Positions 30,194-43,231 of a stretch of DNA of 64,000 nucleotides are shown piece by piece. The notes below the pieces were generated by a model. The model worked only from the letters and a program-made list of their open reading frames with translations. It was not told the DNA's origin and ran no database searches. Within the stretch, counting starts at the first letter, position 1. The number at the start of each line of letters is the position of its first letter. The position numbers and the translations under genes were made by a program. Origin of the DNA: Chrysomallon squamiferum (Eukaryota; Animalia; Mollusca); NCBI GenBank assembly GCA_012295275.1, contig CM022676.1, forward strand, positions 3,658,001 to 3,722,000, given 5' to 3'.

Positions 30194-31645
30194 CATTCTT
30201 CTAAACTTTTATTAGCAATATTTTGATCTTTCACAACGTAAATATGCAATTATCAATTTTCTGTTGATCTAAGGATTGTTAAATCAAAGTTTATCTTAAT
30301 AAAATAAAAACCGATAATTAAAATAAATATTGTCCAGGGGAGAATATCATCAATTAATAGCCGCTACCGGCCGCAGAAATCTTCCGCGCATGCGTAACCT
30401 AAACTGGGTCATCAGTGCTGAATAAATTGCTATCTGTCACCCAGTGACCTAATTAGAGAATTCAAATTTAATTTAAATAAAATACAGAACTTTGACAAGA
30501 ATTTTGTCTTCTTGTCAACTTTCCGCGGTTTTACGACAGTTTTAACAGGTAGAGATCAAAATATTTACGTGAGATATCGACAGTCTGAGCGTTCACGTCT
30601 TTGACGTAATTATAAACAATAGCATGCAACTTACGTCTGTCGTAACTTTGAGTTACGGCCAAACTGTCCATTACAATTTAACAGTAATTAATTTTGTTTG
30701 CAGTTTGAAGCTTTGATACTGTCTAACTTGGCTGCGCGGAGATACAAGCAATTTAATTTAATCGTAAGCTATGGCGCCGAAATGCATTAACTCTTCGATA
30801 ATTAAAATTTTATAAGGTCGTTTAACTTTCAGATTCCTAAACGGTTTTGAAACTCGATTACGTTTTAAAATACCGGTTCCGAAGATGTAGATGTTTATGA
30901 AAACACATGCACGCGCACTCACATACACACCACATTAAAAAAAAAAACACCACCAGTATAAAACGTAGACATTGATGATAACGATTACACACACGCACAC
31001 GCACACACACATTCAAAGCTCTAGTATAAATGTGTATTAATGCTTATTAGATAGCCGAAACACTGAAAAGTTCATCGAGAAATTACGTATCTATTTGTCT
31101 CCGTTATCGTTTACTCTATCGATATATCGATTGCTACAACACGCTTCGATAAATGTTTGAACACGGATGTGTTTTACAGAACTGGTGCATCGAATGACAC
31201 GGTTTAGAATGACTTTTTGTACCACTTGTATCAGATTACATCTTCTTTTCTTTCTTTCTTGTCATTTTTTTGTTATTAGTATGTCATTATCATTGTTGTT
31301 CTTGTTGTTGTTGTCATTATTATTATTATTGTTGTTGTTGTTGTTAGTAATATTAATTAATTATTTATTTTTATTATAAATATGTTTAGTTATTATTTTC
31401 AATATACTATTTCGTAAACTTAAAAAAATAATAATAATAGTAAAAAAAAATATGTATATTTTCTCGTATGTATAACATTATCGAACGACATTCTCTGTAT
31501 AAAATATTTCCTTAACTATCCAATATTTTGATTTGTTTAATCAGAACTGAAGGGTACATTATATAGAAAAAAATATGTATTGCCATTTAAATCAATTCCT
31601 TTTAAACAATCGTGTACAAAGATTAAACACTACATGACCTTTACG

Positions 31646-31676
<31 letters not shown>

Positions 31677-33707
31677 ACAATAATACACGTATGTATGTAA
31701 GCATGTGTGTGTGTGTGTCTGTCTGTATATCTGTTGTGTATATATGTGTATCTATCTATCTATCTAATATATAAATATTATTTATTTAAATAGATTTTTA
31801 CAGTATCCATATAAGAAATCGTTATTTTGTCAAAGACGAGTACAGATATATTTGATCAGTTTTGGTTTCGGAGGAAAACGTTAGTTGACATAAAGAAATC
31901 CAACCCACAACTGGCGAGAGAAAAAATAAAAATCAATGGAAGAGCAACTTCGCAGTGATACCAGTGACAACAAGTGGGTTAGATGGGTGTCACTGTCGGT
32001 GTATTTTTCGCACAGGCGAATCGAATTGGAATCGCCAAAAATAAACCAAGCATTCGGTCGGCAGTTTTCCAGTTTGCGTAGGAATACATCGTCGAGTAAA
32101 AGAGATAATTTGTTTTATTTGTTGATTAGAAAAAAAAAAAAAAAAAAAAAAAAGAAGAAGAAGAAAAGAAAAAAAAAAAAAAAAAAAAAGAAGAAAAGGC
32201 TCGGCTTGTCGTTGTCAGTTAAATTGTACGTTGAGATGTTTGTATCAGGCGAAGGGCAATGAAATGTTACTTAGTGCTTGTAGAGAGTTTTTTTTTTTTT
32301 TTTCTTGATGGTCTGTTACGCATACATATATACATATATATAAATACATACATATGTACATGAATAGATGAATACATAGATAGATATATATATACATGCA
32401 TATATATATACCATGTGTGTTTTTATTTAGATACATATATATATATATATATATATATAATATAACAAATGCTCAAATTGCTTGTATGTGTATGTATACA
32501 TGCTTGTGTCTTTATAAAATATATATATATATCTGTTGTGGGTATATATATAATTTGTATGTTTCTATGTATGTATGTATGGTACGTATGTATGGGACAG
32601 TATGTGTGTTTATGTTTGCATTTATGTTTTTATGTATATTTATATATATATATATCTATGTATGTATATATATATATATATGTGTGTGTGTATGTATGTA
32701 TCTGTATGTATGTGTGTGTGTGTGTGTGTATACATGTATGTATTATATATACGTAAATATTTCGTAAAATGTGCTAACACCTTTCACATAACAAAACAAC
32801 TGACTTCTTTCTGCAACTGCAAAAATTCATTTTATCGCCAAGTCTTCATTAACAGGTTAACCAGAAAAAAAAAAAAAAAAAAAAAAAATGAATTCTAAAC
32901 AAGTCATTTCAACTAACCTTGTTTTCGCGAAAATTTCTTTATAATACTTTAATTTTAATAAAAAGATTTTCGCTAAAACACCATAATGAAATTAACGGTT
33001 ACTTAATAACATCCCTAGGGAAAGCAGAAACGATGGAGAGAAAAAAAAAAAGATAACCTTTCTTTGGCTCTGAAACTGAGCGTCGCTTAATTTTAATTTC
33101 ATCGTGCTTGCATCACAGAGATGAAATTATAAAATGAATTTTAACGTTCATTCAAACGTAAAATGTTAACTGGATTTGAGATTGAACAGCGCTGCATTTG
33201 TATTTTTTTTCCTTCGTGCCCTTTACATTTTTTTTTTTTTTTTTAAATTTTATTTATTTAATTTTTTTTTTTACATTTTCTCTATATATTTTTTTTTTTT
33301 TTTTTTTTTTTTATTTATTTATTTATTTATTTATTTTTTATTTATTTATATAAACTAAATTAATCCACGGAGCAAGATTTTCATTTGAAACAAATCGATT
33401 CAACAGTGTTTTCAGTACTATTTCTGTATTTTATTTTATTTTTTTGTGAAAAAGGGAAAAAGAAGCCGTTGTCATATTGAGCGAGTTGTTTGCTATTAAT
33501 TCATTTTTTTTTTTAAATAAAACATAAATATAGGTATTGAGTGTGTTGCCTTGCGTAACTCTTTTCCCAGCGTATGACAAATTAATTAAAACTTGCAACC
33601 AGATGAGCCCCAAGGATCATATTTTTAATTTTATTTTTCAGTGAATATTATTTAAGAAAAAAACGAGACAAAAATAAACAAAACACAAAAGGTGTGTAAC
33701 ATGCAGA

Positions 33708-33781
33708 ATTAATTTAATTATCTATCTATTTATCTAGCTGTCTGTCTGTCTGTTTGTGTGTGTGTGTGTGTGTAGTGCTAA
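33708..33781 (+). repeat. Inverted repeat pair B, left arm (~72 bp)
   Basis: ATTAATTTAATTATCTATCTATTTATCTAGCTGTCTGTC...GTGTAGTGCTAA is the reverse complement of 34140-34209. Confidence 0.85.
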
Positions 33782-34139
33782 AATTATTGGAGAAGAATTC
33801 TAATTCATAAAGTTAGAACTGAAATTTTTATTTTCTAAACATTTAGCCTATTTTTTCTGTTACCCTGTATGCGTATGTGTGCACGTGCGTGCATGTATGT
33901 GTGTGTGTGTTAACTTACATGGTGATGGTGACAGTGGTAGAGGCAGAAGCTGTTGTCATTGTAGTTGTAGTAGTTATAATAATGTGACAGACGCAGCTAC
34001 GATGTTGATGTAATTAAATGTTGCTGTAGTGGTAGCAGTAACAGTACCAGTTGGAGGAATAATGATTACTAGTAGTAGTAGTAGTTGTTGTTGTTGTCAT
34101 AGTAGTAGTAGTAGTAGTAATACTACTTGCTTAGCAATA

Positions 34140-34209
34140 TTAGCACTACACACACACACATACACAGCCAGACAGACAGCTAGATAAATAGACAGATAAT
34201 TAAATTAAT
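34140..34209 (-). repeat. Inverted repeat pair B, right arm
   Basis: TTAGCACTACACAC...GACAGCTAGATAAATAGACAGATAATTAAATTAAT. Confidence 0.85.
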
Positions 34210-34340
34210 GTGAAAAAGAAGAAACGATTGAAATAGGAAAATGAGGGAAAGAGCATTCAGAAATCTGGTGAGCGATTTGAGATTGAAATAGAGAACTGAA
34301 AGGAAAACGTGAATAGAAAAATTAGTAGGTAAATATGAAA

Positions 34341-34372
<32 letters not shown>

Positions 34373-34550
34373 ATACAATAAAAGTACTCGGTAGAAATGA
34401 ATATTTAGAAGGAAAAAAAAAAAAACAGAAAAAAAATAAGTAACCAAAACGAAATGAAATACATCGAATGAAAAATTACGTAAAAGCATTTATAAAATAA
34501 AGTTTTCAAAAACTAACACATTTGGAAACATTTCATTTATCCACCATAGA

Positions 34551-34573
34551 ATGACGTCATGCACTGACGTCAT
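34551..34573. promoter_or_regulatory. Tandem full CRE palindromes (TGACGTCA x2)
   Basis: ATGACGTCATGCACTGACGTCAT; sites at 34552 and 34565, at the start of a ~450-bp unique-sequence block. Confidence 0.45.
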
Positions 34574-35040
34574 ACAGCGATTAATCGGTTCTATATTGAG
34601 AAACTCAATTAATTCTCTCGCAAAAGGCGAGCCACAACGTACTGGAGACTCGCCTGGAGGGAGACAGCAAACCCTTCAGCGTCGTCATCACGTTGTGTTT
34701 TGCTACGGCGACCTCTTCAGGCGATCGTCTCGGAATGTGCATTGTACGACGCCGGATACGATTACAAACTGTTGTTACAAGCACATATGATTTACCAAAG
34801 CATAAAATAAATTCCGAGCAAGACTGTGAAAAGCAATTCCGATTTGCATCGATCTGCGGCCAGCTGCTCCGAGCCACGTTTGTGGCTTGAAGGAAAGTTT
34901 TGGTAACTCGGTTGTTAGGGATCTGATTAAAACGCAGAGGAACTCAATTGTGCATATCAAAGCTTATGGCAAAATTGGGTTCGACGCTCACCAACATAAA
35001 ACGATGTACGGAATGAGGTAAAAAAAAAAAAAAAAGTGTG

Positions 35041-35362
35041 CCCATTCCCGCTGACAGAGAAATAGGTTTGAAATTGTGGCAATAACAAAAGAAAAAAAAA
35101 AAAAAAAAATATTTCAAACTGGGGAATCTTTCCCACTGGGTTAAGAAATAGGCTTGAAAATGTGGCAGTCCTCTTACCGATATATAACGAATGTATATTT
35201 GAAACGAGAGATTTTTCTTTTACCTGCTGATTCAGAAATAGTTTTCACATTGTGGCAGTCCTCTTGCCGATATATATCCAAATTAGTGTATATTTTAAAC
35301 TGGGATGTTATTTCCCCGATTCAGAAACAGTTTTCAAATAATTGCAGTGTTTCCACGTATAT
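35041..35362. repeat. Degenerate ~88-bp tandem repeat, ~4 copies
   Basis: AGAAA(T/C)AG..TT.A.A.TGTGGCA recurs near 35058, 35145, 35234 and more loosely 35323; TGTGGCAGTCCTCTT(A/G)CCGATATATA occurs twice. Confidence 0.75.
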
Positions 35363-35684
35363 CAGAAGCGTTTATAATTATTTTTAGAATAATTATTTTA
35401 GAAATAAATTCTGACTCATTTCAAAACGAGTTATTTCTAGTGTTATTAGTTTGTACAAAAGTATAACATTAACACACTTTAGAGAGCCGTAAAACCATAA
35501 TTAACAATCTTCGTCAGTTCTTATTTATTTTATTTATTTATTTAGTGTTTGTTTATTTATTTATTTTTATTAGACATTTTAATAACTTTTATTTTTAAAT
35601 TTTATTTTAATGTCTGTGTGTATGCGTATGTGTGTGCGTACATTTGAGTGTGTGTTTTGATAACTTTCCTTAGTAGCGAATGCA

Positions 35685-35785
<101 letters not shown>

Positions 35786-35980
35786 GGAATCTGTAAGGTA
35801 CATTACCGTTATTATTGCTGTTACCTACATTTATAATCACATATTCTTCTAAACCGGGACAAGGCTCCGGCTCCCTTAACATAAACCATTATCAACCCAT
35901 GCAGCTAATAAAATAACACAGGTAATTATTTAAACCTCAAAAAAAAAAAAAAAATAATAATAATAATAGAAATACTACTA

Positions 35981-36680
35981 CAGTATACCCTCACCTATTC
36001 GCGGTTCCCCATTCGCGGCCCCGCATATTCGCGGGTTAGGCTCTTAACCATATCGCATCGTATGCTGGTATACCAGGCTAGCGTCATAACGTCATAAAAA
36101 CAAATGCTCGGTAAACCGCACAAACAATATCAAATTTTTTCAATTATTATTGCAATACAGTACGTATTTTTTTTATAAATGCATACACTGTATATACAGT
36201 GCATATTTTTTGTGACCGTATATTAATAATGTTTTTAATTGCATATTATTACCTGAACTGTGCGTACTGTATTTATCTGTCTGTTTTGCCTTTAAATTTG
36301 TTCCACTTTCTGTCAATTCTAATACATATGTTGTACGCATAGAAAATGACTTTACGGTGCAGTAATACTGTATGGGTAACTATGCTATGCGGTGTTACTG
36401 TCCTCATGTACTTACGTTTCTTTCTGATTAAAATATTGTTTCAGTACAAAATTAAAATGTGTTTACATTATCATTACTACATTAGTGAAATACATAACTG
36501 CATGCAATATTACTACATTATTACTGTATTAATGAGTAAGAGTGTCTTTAGAAAGTGTTTGGGAAGCATTTAGTACCGTATATAATCTCATAATAGACGT
36601 TTTAAAACTGCATCCAATACGGTTTTTCCTATTCGCGAGGGGGTAAGAAAATAACCCCATGAATAGCGAGGGAAATTATT
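35981..36680. mobile_element. Tc1/mariner superfamily (Tigger/pogo-like) non-autonomous element, ~700 bp
   Basis: Left end TA|CAGTATACCCTCACCTATTCGCGG and right end GAATAGCGAGGGAAATTATT|TA form a degenerate inverted repeat with TA on both flanks. Subterminal (T/C)ATTCGCG motifs at ~35996, 36010, 36026, 36630. AT-rich interior with no transposase ORF. Confidence 0.7.
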
Positions 36681-36703
36681 TAAACTACTACTACTACTAC
36701 TAA

Positions 36704-36737
<34 letters not shown>

Positions 36738-37439
36738 AAATAAAATAATAATAAATAAATAAATAAATAAAATGCTGAGCTTATCTCAATTTAAAAAAAA
36801 CAACCCAAAAAACGCCAAAGAAAAAAAAACAACCCGAAAACTTCCACATAACAAACGCGACTAGAAATTACGACAGCCACCGTACTCAGAAATCGCGGTA
36901 TAGGAATTCGTGCCGGTGCTGTTGTTAAACACAATCACCTATTTCCAAATCTGAACCGCATTTCCGTCGCAGATTGAATTAAGCCAGCTCGGTGGATTCA
37001 GCCCAGCGCAGGCAAATCGGTTTGTGGACGTAGGCCGGGCGACAAGATCTATCCGAACGTCGAGGTTCTTTCATCGGCGAATTTCAATAGGTCTTGTCAT
37101 TTGAAGATCTCATTTCATTTCTGCATGACACTTTACGGCAGAGGCTGACTTTGATTGTGCCCAATCAAATCTTGAACAGGCACCTGAGGTCAGCGGTTTC
37201 AATCTGAATGTTCTTGTTTCCAAGTCAGAAACTGGCTCTGCTACTCGACTGCGGCGACAGAGAGCCAATGCAATTTGGTTATTTTTAAAAAGTCCCCTTT
37301 GTTCTCTGGGAATGTTGAACTGACCTCCGTACTCGGTTTGAAACTAAAATGTCTTGAGACAGAGAGAGGAGTGGGGATGGGAGTGAGATTTAAAGTTAGT
37401 GAGTTATGCGATAGTGTTGAAGATAAGGAAATTAAAATG

Positions 37440-37496
<57 letters not shown>

Positions 37497-37594
37497 CGTA
37501 ATGTGTAAATATTGTTAACGATTTGAAATGCCGAGTACTTGTTAATTTTATTTTATTTATTTATTTATATTTTATATTATTATAGTTATTGTTA

Positions 37595-37625
<31 letters not shown>

Positions 37626-37689
37626 TTTATTTATTATCACAGTGATATACTTAAATTCAGAGAAGATAAAAGCTCACTTTTCTCATAAG

Positions 37690-38388
37690 AGTGTTAGTAT
37701 GTTAGAAGAATAGAAAGAAGAGAGTATAGTGTTAGTATGTTAGAAGAATAGAGAGAAGAGAGTACAGTGTTAGTATGTTAGAAGAATAGAGAGAAGAGAG
37801 TATAGTGTTAGTATGTTAGAAGAATAGAAAGAAGAGAGTACAGTGTTAGTATGTAAGAAGAATAGAAAGAAGAGAGTATAGTGTTAGTATGTTAGAAGAA
37901 TAGAGAGAAGAGAGTATAGTGTTAGTATGTTAGAATAATTTAGAGAGAAGAGAGTATAGTGTTAGTATGTTAGAAGAATAGAAAGAAGAGTATAGTGTTA
38001 GAATGTTAGAAGATTAGAAAGACGAGAGTACAGTGTTAGTATGTTAGAAGATTAGAAAGAAGAGAGTACAGTGTTAGAATGTTAGAAGAATAGAAAGAAG
38101 ATTATAATGTTAGTATGTTAGAAAAATAGAGAGAAGAGATAGTGTTAGTATGTTAGAAGAATGGAGATAAGAGAGTATAGTGTTAGTATGTTAGAAGAAT
38201 AGAAAGAAGAGTATAATGTTAGTATGTTAGAAAAATAGAGAGAAGAGAGTACAGTGTTAGTATGTTAGAAGAATAGAAAGAAGAGTGTATAGTGTTAGTA
38301 TGTTAGAAGAATGGAGATAAGAGAGTATAGTGTTAGTATGTTAGAAGAATAGAAAGAAGAGTGTATAGTGTTAGTATGTTAGAAGATT
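37690..38388. repeat. 38-bp minisatellite, ~18 copies
   Basis: Unit AGTGTTAGTATGTTAGAAGAATAGA(A/G)AGAAGAGAGTA(T/C), with 34-39-bp variants. Confidence 0.95.
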
Positions 38389-38462
38389 CGAAGACACGGG
38401 AGTCTTGCGTTGGCATGTTAAAAAAGACAACGTAGAATTATTACGTAAAACTGAGATAAAGA

Positions 38463-38565
38463 AGTGCACTGTTAGTGTGTTAGATTGTGATACAGAAAAG
38501 AGTGCACTGTTAGTGTGTTAAATTGTAATACAGAAAAGAAGTGTACTTTTGGTGTGTTATATTGT
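38463..38565. repeat. Diverged sister array of the 38-bp minisatellite (~2.7 copies)
   Basis: AGTGCACTGTTAGTGTGTTAGATTGTGATACAGAAAAG has the same period and aligns with AGTACAGTGTTAGTATGTTAGA. Confidence 0.75.
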
Positions 38566-39145
38566 TAATTAAACAATGAGAATAATGATCTTTAGTCTTT
38601 CAAACAACAACAATAAATAAAATAAAATAAAATAAAATAAAACCTATAAGAAGGAGTCGCTAAAAGGACAAGACCCCGAGTTCTACCATTCCTGGAGAAA
38701 TAGAGGCTTAACCACTGAGTTATAAATGCATTTAATTCAGACGATTTTCCTTTTCCTTTTATTGTCTAAGCCTACAACCACAACATAATCTACCAGTCAC
38801 TGAAGCGTGTTACGAACACACATCAAACGAAGGCACCAGTCTACAGCTCCGGTTAAACATGTGAACTGACCACAAACGACCCGATCCGAACCGTTCGGAA
38901 AAGAATCATTTACATCACGTTTTAACAATCATCCGTCTTCATTTTCGTTTAATTATTGCCGTTCTGCACGCTTTTTACTTCGGGAATTTTTAATTTCAAG
39001 GTTCACGGATCGTTCACGCTTGCCGGAACATTTTAAATTAGAAGTATCTTTCGACATCGACATCAGCCTGGTTCATGTATATTTTACTTGTACAGTTGTG
39101 CTGGTATATTTTTACAACGAACTGTTGAGCATTTTGTGCTTCAGT

Positions 39146-39382
39146 AATTAGGATCTCTTTTCATAAGCCTAAGCTGTTATCTCTCTTGATCTGTGCATGT
39201 TATATAGCCTAAATAAATTTTGCATATATCCAAGTCACACTCCTATTTATTTATTTTTTTATTTTGGTTAAAGTACGGCTGCGGTGGTGCGTAGATAATT
39301 GTAGACTAAATCAATTTTGAATATCTGCGTGTCATTCTTTTATTTGCGTCAAGAGACCAGGTTTAGTTAAACTGATAAATAA
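39146..39382 (+). repeat. Inverted repeat pair C, left arm (~235 bp)
   Basis: Reverse complement of 41721-41952; 39285-39350 matches 41753-41818 perfectly over 66 bp. Confidence 0.95.
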
Positions 39383-40143
39383 ATAAAAGTAAAGTTAAAA
39401 AAAAAAAAGGAGAAAAAGAAAAGAAAGACAACAATTGAAAAAAAACAACAACAATAAATAAATAAATAAATAAGTAAATAATTGAAATAAAGAGAGTTAT
39501 ATAAAGCAGTCAAGGTTGTACTAGAATTAATGGAATATCCAACCAACCATTATCTGAATTTGTGTGATTTATCAAACTTTATTATTAGCAAAGTAACGGT
39601 CAGTCTATCTATCTAATCTTTTTCTCTGTCTGTCTGTCTGTCTGTCTCAATGCCTAGCTGAAAGTCTAATATCTGAAGCAGATCCTTACATTTCAGAAGA
39701 AGATATTGCACATTCGTTTCAAGTAGACTGTTTCAAAAAAATTATTTTTTTTTTTTTTTTTTTTTTCAACTTTCATTTAGAATTCTCTCCCTTTATTTTT
39801 TATAACTGATTTATCTTTTCAATTTAGGAACAATAATATATTTACTTTTATTTTTTTTATATATATATATATATATATATCTTTTTTTTTTTTTTTTTAA
39901 ATAACAATTTACATGTAGCGTTTTTGAACACGCTGCGTTCATCCATTTCATTTGGGTAAATTGAAAACTTGCGTATCCGTAAATGACGTTCATAATGAGG
40001 TCATCAAAAATTTAATTTATCTCCCGGCAGGGAAGAATTACTTATTAACGAGGCAGCCTGCAAAGTGACACGTAGATCTTTGTGCTCGAGTTTCTGTGGA
40101 AACACAATTTACTATAACTCGCTATTTATATGTATCTTTTAAA

Positions 40144-40473
40144 CTGCATAATTAATTGTTTTTCTAGACAATGTTGCTTTCTATATCGGTATCAAAGCAT
40201 GGTTTAAACGACTATTAAATACAGACTCTTTATATGAATTTTTTTTTTTTTTTTTTTTACTGCATAATTAATTGTTTTTCTAGACAATGTTGTTTTGTAT
40301 ATCAGTATCAAACCATGGCCTGAACTATTGTTAAATACAGACGCGTTATATAAAAATATATATATGTTTTTTTTAAATTTAGTTTTGTCTGCAAAATTAA
40401 TTATTTTTATACACAATGTTGTTTTCTAAATCGGAATCAAAGAATGGTTTTAACGATTATTAAATACAGACTC
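40144..40473. repeat. Three direct copies of an ~85-bp unit separated by A/T-rich spacers
   Basis: CTGCATAATTAATTGTTTTTCTAGACAATGTTG...ATCAAA.CATGG...TTAAATACAGAC at 40144, 40260 and (more diverged) 40389. Confidence 0.9.
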
Positions 40474-40639
40474 AAGGGTGTGTGGTAATACTGTGTGTTT
40501 ATTGTTCAGTTATATAACGAATAGATTCAGACAATACAGATAGTCGAAAGCCGAAGATAAAATAGATATGTAAAAATAGATATGTAACAATATGCATAGG
40601 CGCTGTCATACATCTATATATGTATCGTATATACGAGTA

Positions 40640-40674
<35 letters not shown>

Positions 40675-40797
40675 GTACCCTAAATAAAAATATATATATA
40701 TACACACACACACAAACACACACACACACACACACACACAAATATGTCCGTACCATCTCACACCATATATATGCATGTACATGCATACACACACCCT

Positions 40798-40851
<54 letters not shown>

Positions 40852-41720
40852 TCTATACACATACAAACACACGTATAGAAAAATACATACAAATATACTG
40901 ACGGAAAGATAGATAAATAAAATGTCAGTTCTTTGGGTTATGGAAAGAAATGAATGGAAGAACAGAAAGAAAAAAAAAAGAGAGAGAGTTAAATTGTAAG
41001 TATCATTCTACATAGCAACTTCACGTCTACGTATGTCAGTCTTTCTGTCTGTCTCAAACACACATCCATTCTTTCTATGATTAAATTTCGTCTTTCACTC
41101 ATTTTCGGTAATAATAAAATTGGACTGGTTCCTAGCTGACAGTCCAGCTTTCGAGAAAGACGTGGAGAGAGAAGAGACGGGGGCAAAGCGCTCGAACGCG
41201 CTCTGTCTCCCGCACGACGTCACAGTTTTCACCTCAAGAGGAATTCCTTTTCTTCTGCGCATCCTGTGGCTCTTGAAAATAAACGACTGGTTTCTCAGAA
41301 TGTTAACAAGTGTTTGACCATAGCGTAACACTTCCAAGTCCTCGGTCAATGTTTAGCTCAACCGGAAGTCTCGCACTGTCACGTTGATGGAGTGGTTTTC
41401 GGAGATTTGCTTTGTACACTCTGCAGGGGGCGTCTTCGTTTTAATGCGTTGGGGAAATGGCGGCATGCTGCGTGTAGAGCGATATTGTCAGCACGTAATG
41501 GTTTACATTAACAGCAAGAAACGCGAGCAGGACATACAGTAACAATAGTAGTAAACACAAACAAAATAAAACGAAATACAGTATCTTTCTGAATATATAT
41601 GTATATATATATGTATGTGTGTGTGTGTGTGTGTGTTGTGTGTGTCTAAAAAATAAATACAATAAATAAATAATAAAACAAATCAGAAGATAATTTAGAA
41701 ACACTATATATTATTTTCGC

Positions 41721-41952
41721 TTACTTATCATTTTAGCTAAACCTAGTCTCTGGACGCAAATAAAAGAATGACACGCAGATATTCAAAATTGATTTAGTCT
41801 ACAATTATCTACGCACCATTAGAGCTGTACTTTAACAAAAATAAAAAATAAATAAATAGGAGTGTGACTTGAAAATAAGCAAAATTTATTTAGGCTATAA
41901 CAAGCACATATCGAGAGAGATAATGCTTAGATTATGAAGAGAAATCGTAATT
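41721..41952 (-). repeat. Inverted repeat pair C, right arm
   Basis: GACGCAAATAAAAGAATGACACGCAGATATTCAAAATTGATTTAGTCTACAATTATCTACGCACCA core plus aligned flanks. Confidence 0.95.
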
Positions 41953-43006
41953 GTGTATATACAAATTATGTGTGTGTGTTTATGTTTATGTATATGTGTG
42001 TGTGTGTGTGTGTGTATTTTAATTGTGCATATGTACTAATTTGTTAGTAAGAACGTTAGGAAATGAAACAAAACAAACTATTCAAAGTGTTATAGAACGA
42101 GTTACCTAAATATATAAAGAGTGAGTGAGAGAGCGAGAGAGAATGACAGGGAGACAAAGAGAGTAAGAGGCACAAAGAAAGACAGAAGGAGAAAACAAAC
42201 TAATATAATAAAGATTTTCGTTTCACGGCCTCAAATCTGTTACAATCTCACTCGAGGTAAGTGGAAAATGTCGAAAGTTCAGTACATTCAGCTATTCTCA
42301 TCATTTTAGCTTCTTCCTTTTTCTCCCTGCCCTCGCACTTCAGACTGAGCTACTGAAATTACATTATAATGAAATAAGCGAAACCATTTGAGTCGCCGCG
42401 GTTTGTTTCCACTGTTGATATATTTCATTTGCGATACTAGTTTGCTCTCCATTCTTCGTTCGGTTCGCCCGCCCTTCCGTCAATGACGTTTCCCCCCAGG
42501 CTGTTCAATAATCGCGTTTATCCTTTACCGATGGCTTCCGGACATATCCGATTCACGTCGCCAATTTCCGTGAAGCAAATCCGTTTTTCACGCGAGGCCA
42601 TTTTGAACTGGAGCCAGTTTCGTTAACGCTTGGCGAATTTTATCAAATTTATTTTATTTTTGTTTTCGTTTATTTATTTATTTATTTATTTATTTATTCT
42701 ATTATTTTATTATTTATTTTAATTTTCATTTTTTTCTAAGTTTTTGTATTATTATATATTTTTATTATTATTATATTAATTTTTTTTTTCTATTTATTTT
42801 TTATTTTCATTTTTATTTTTTTGAGATGTCATTTCAAAACTGATTAGAAATCTCGAAATTTGATATCGATTGTTCGATCGAATTAGTAACAGCTAGATTT
42901 GATGTCTTATTAAATTTGTCATAAATTTAAAAGAACTGTTTGATAACATTCAGAAAAAATTAAAATACAAATATGTCCACCGGTAGAATATGCACACAAA
43001 TGCACG

Positions 43007-43069
<63 letters not shown>

Positions 43070-43200
43070 TCACACACACATACAGAGAAAGATTACTATT
43101 ACATACATATAAAAATAAAACCATAAGTGAGAATTAAAGTAATGAAGATTAATCAATTATAAATATAAATAATAACAGCAATAACAATTGCAACAACAAC

Positions 43201-43231
<31 letters not shown>

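Noticed and set aside
29126-35362. Faint inverted similarity between the 29-kb and 35-kb tandem repeats (TTCCC(A/G)C(A/T)G)
   Set aside because: Only ~9-bp matches; homology cannot be supported by eye
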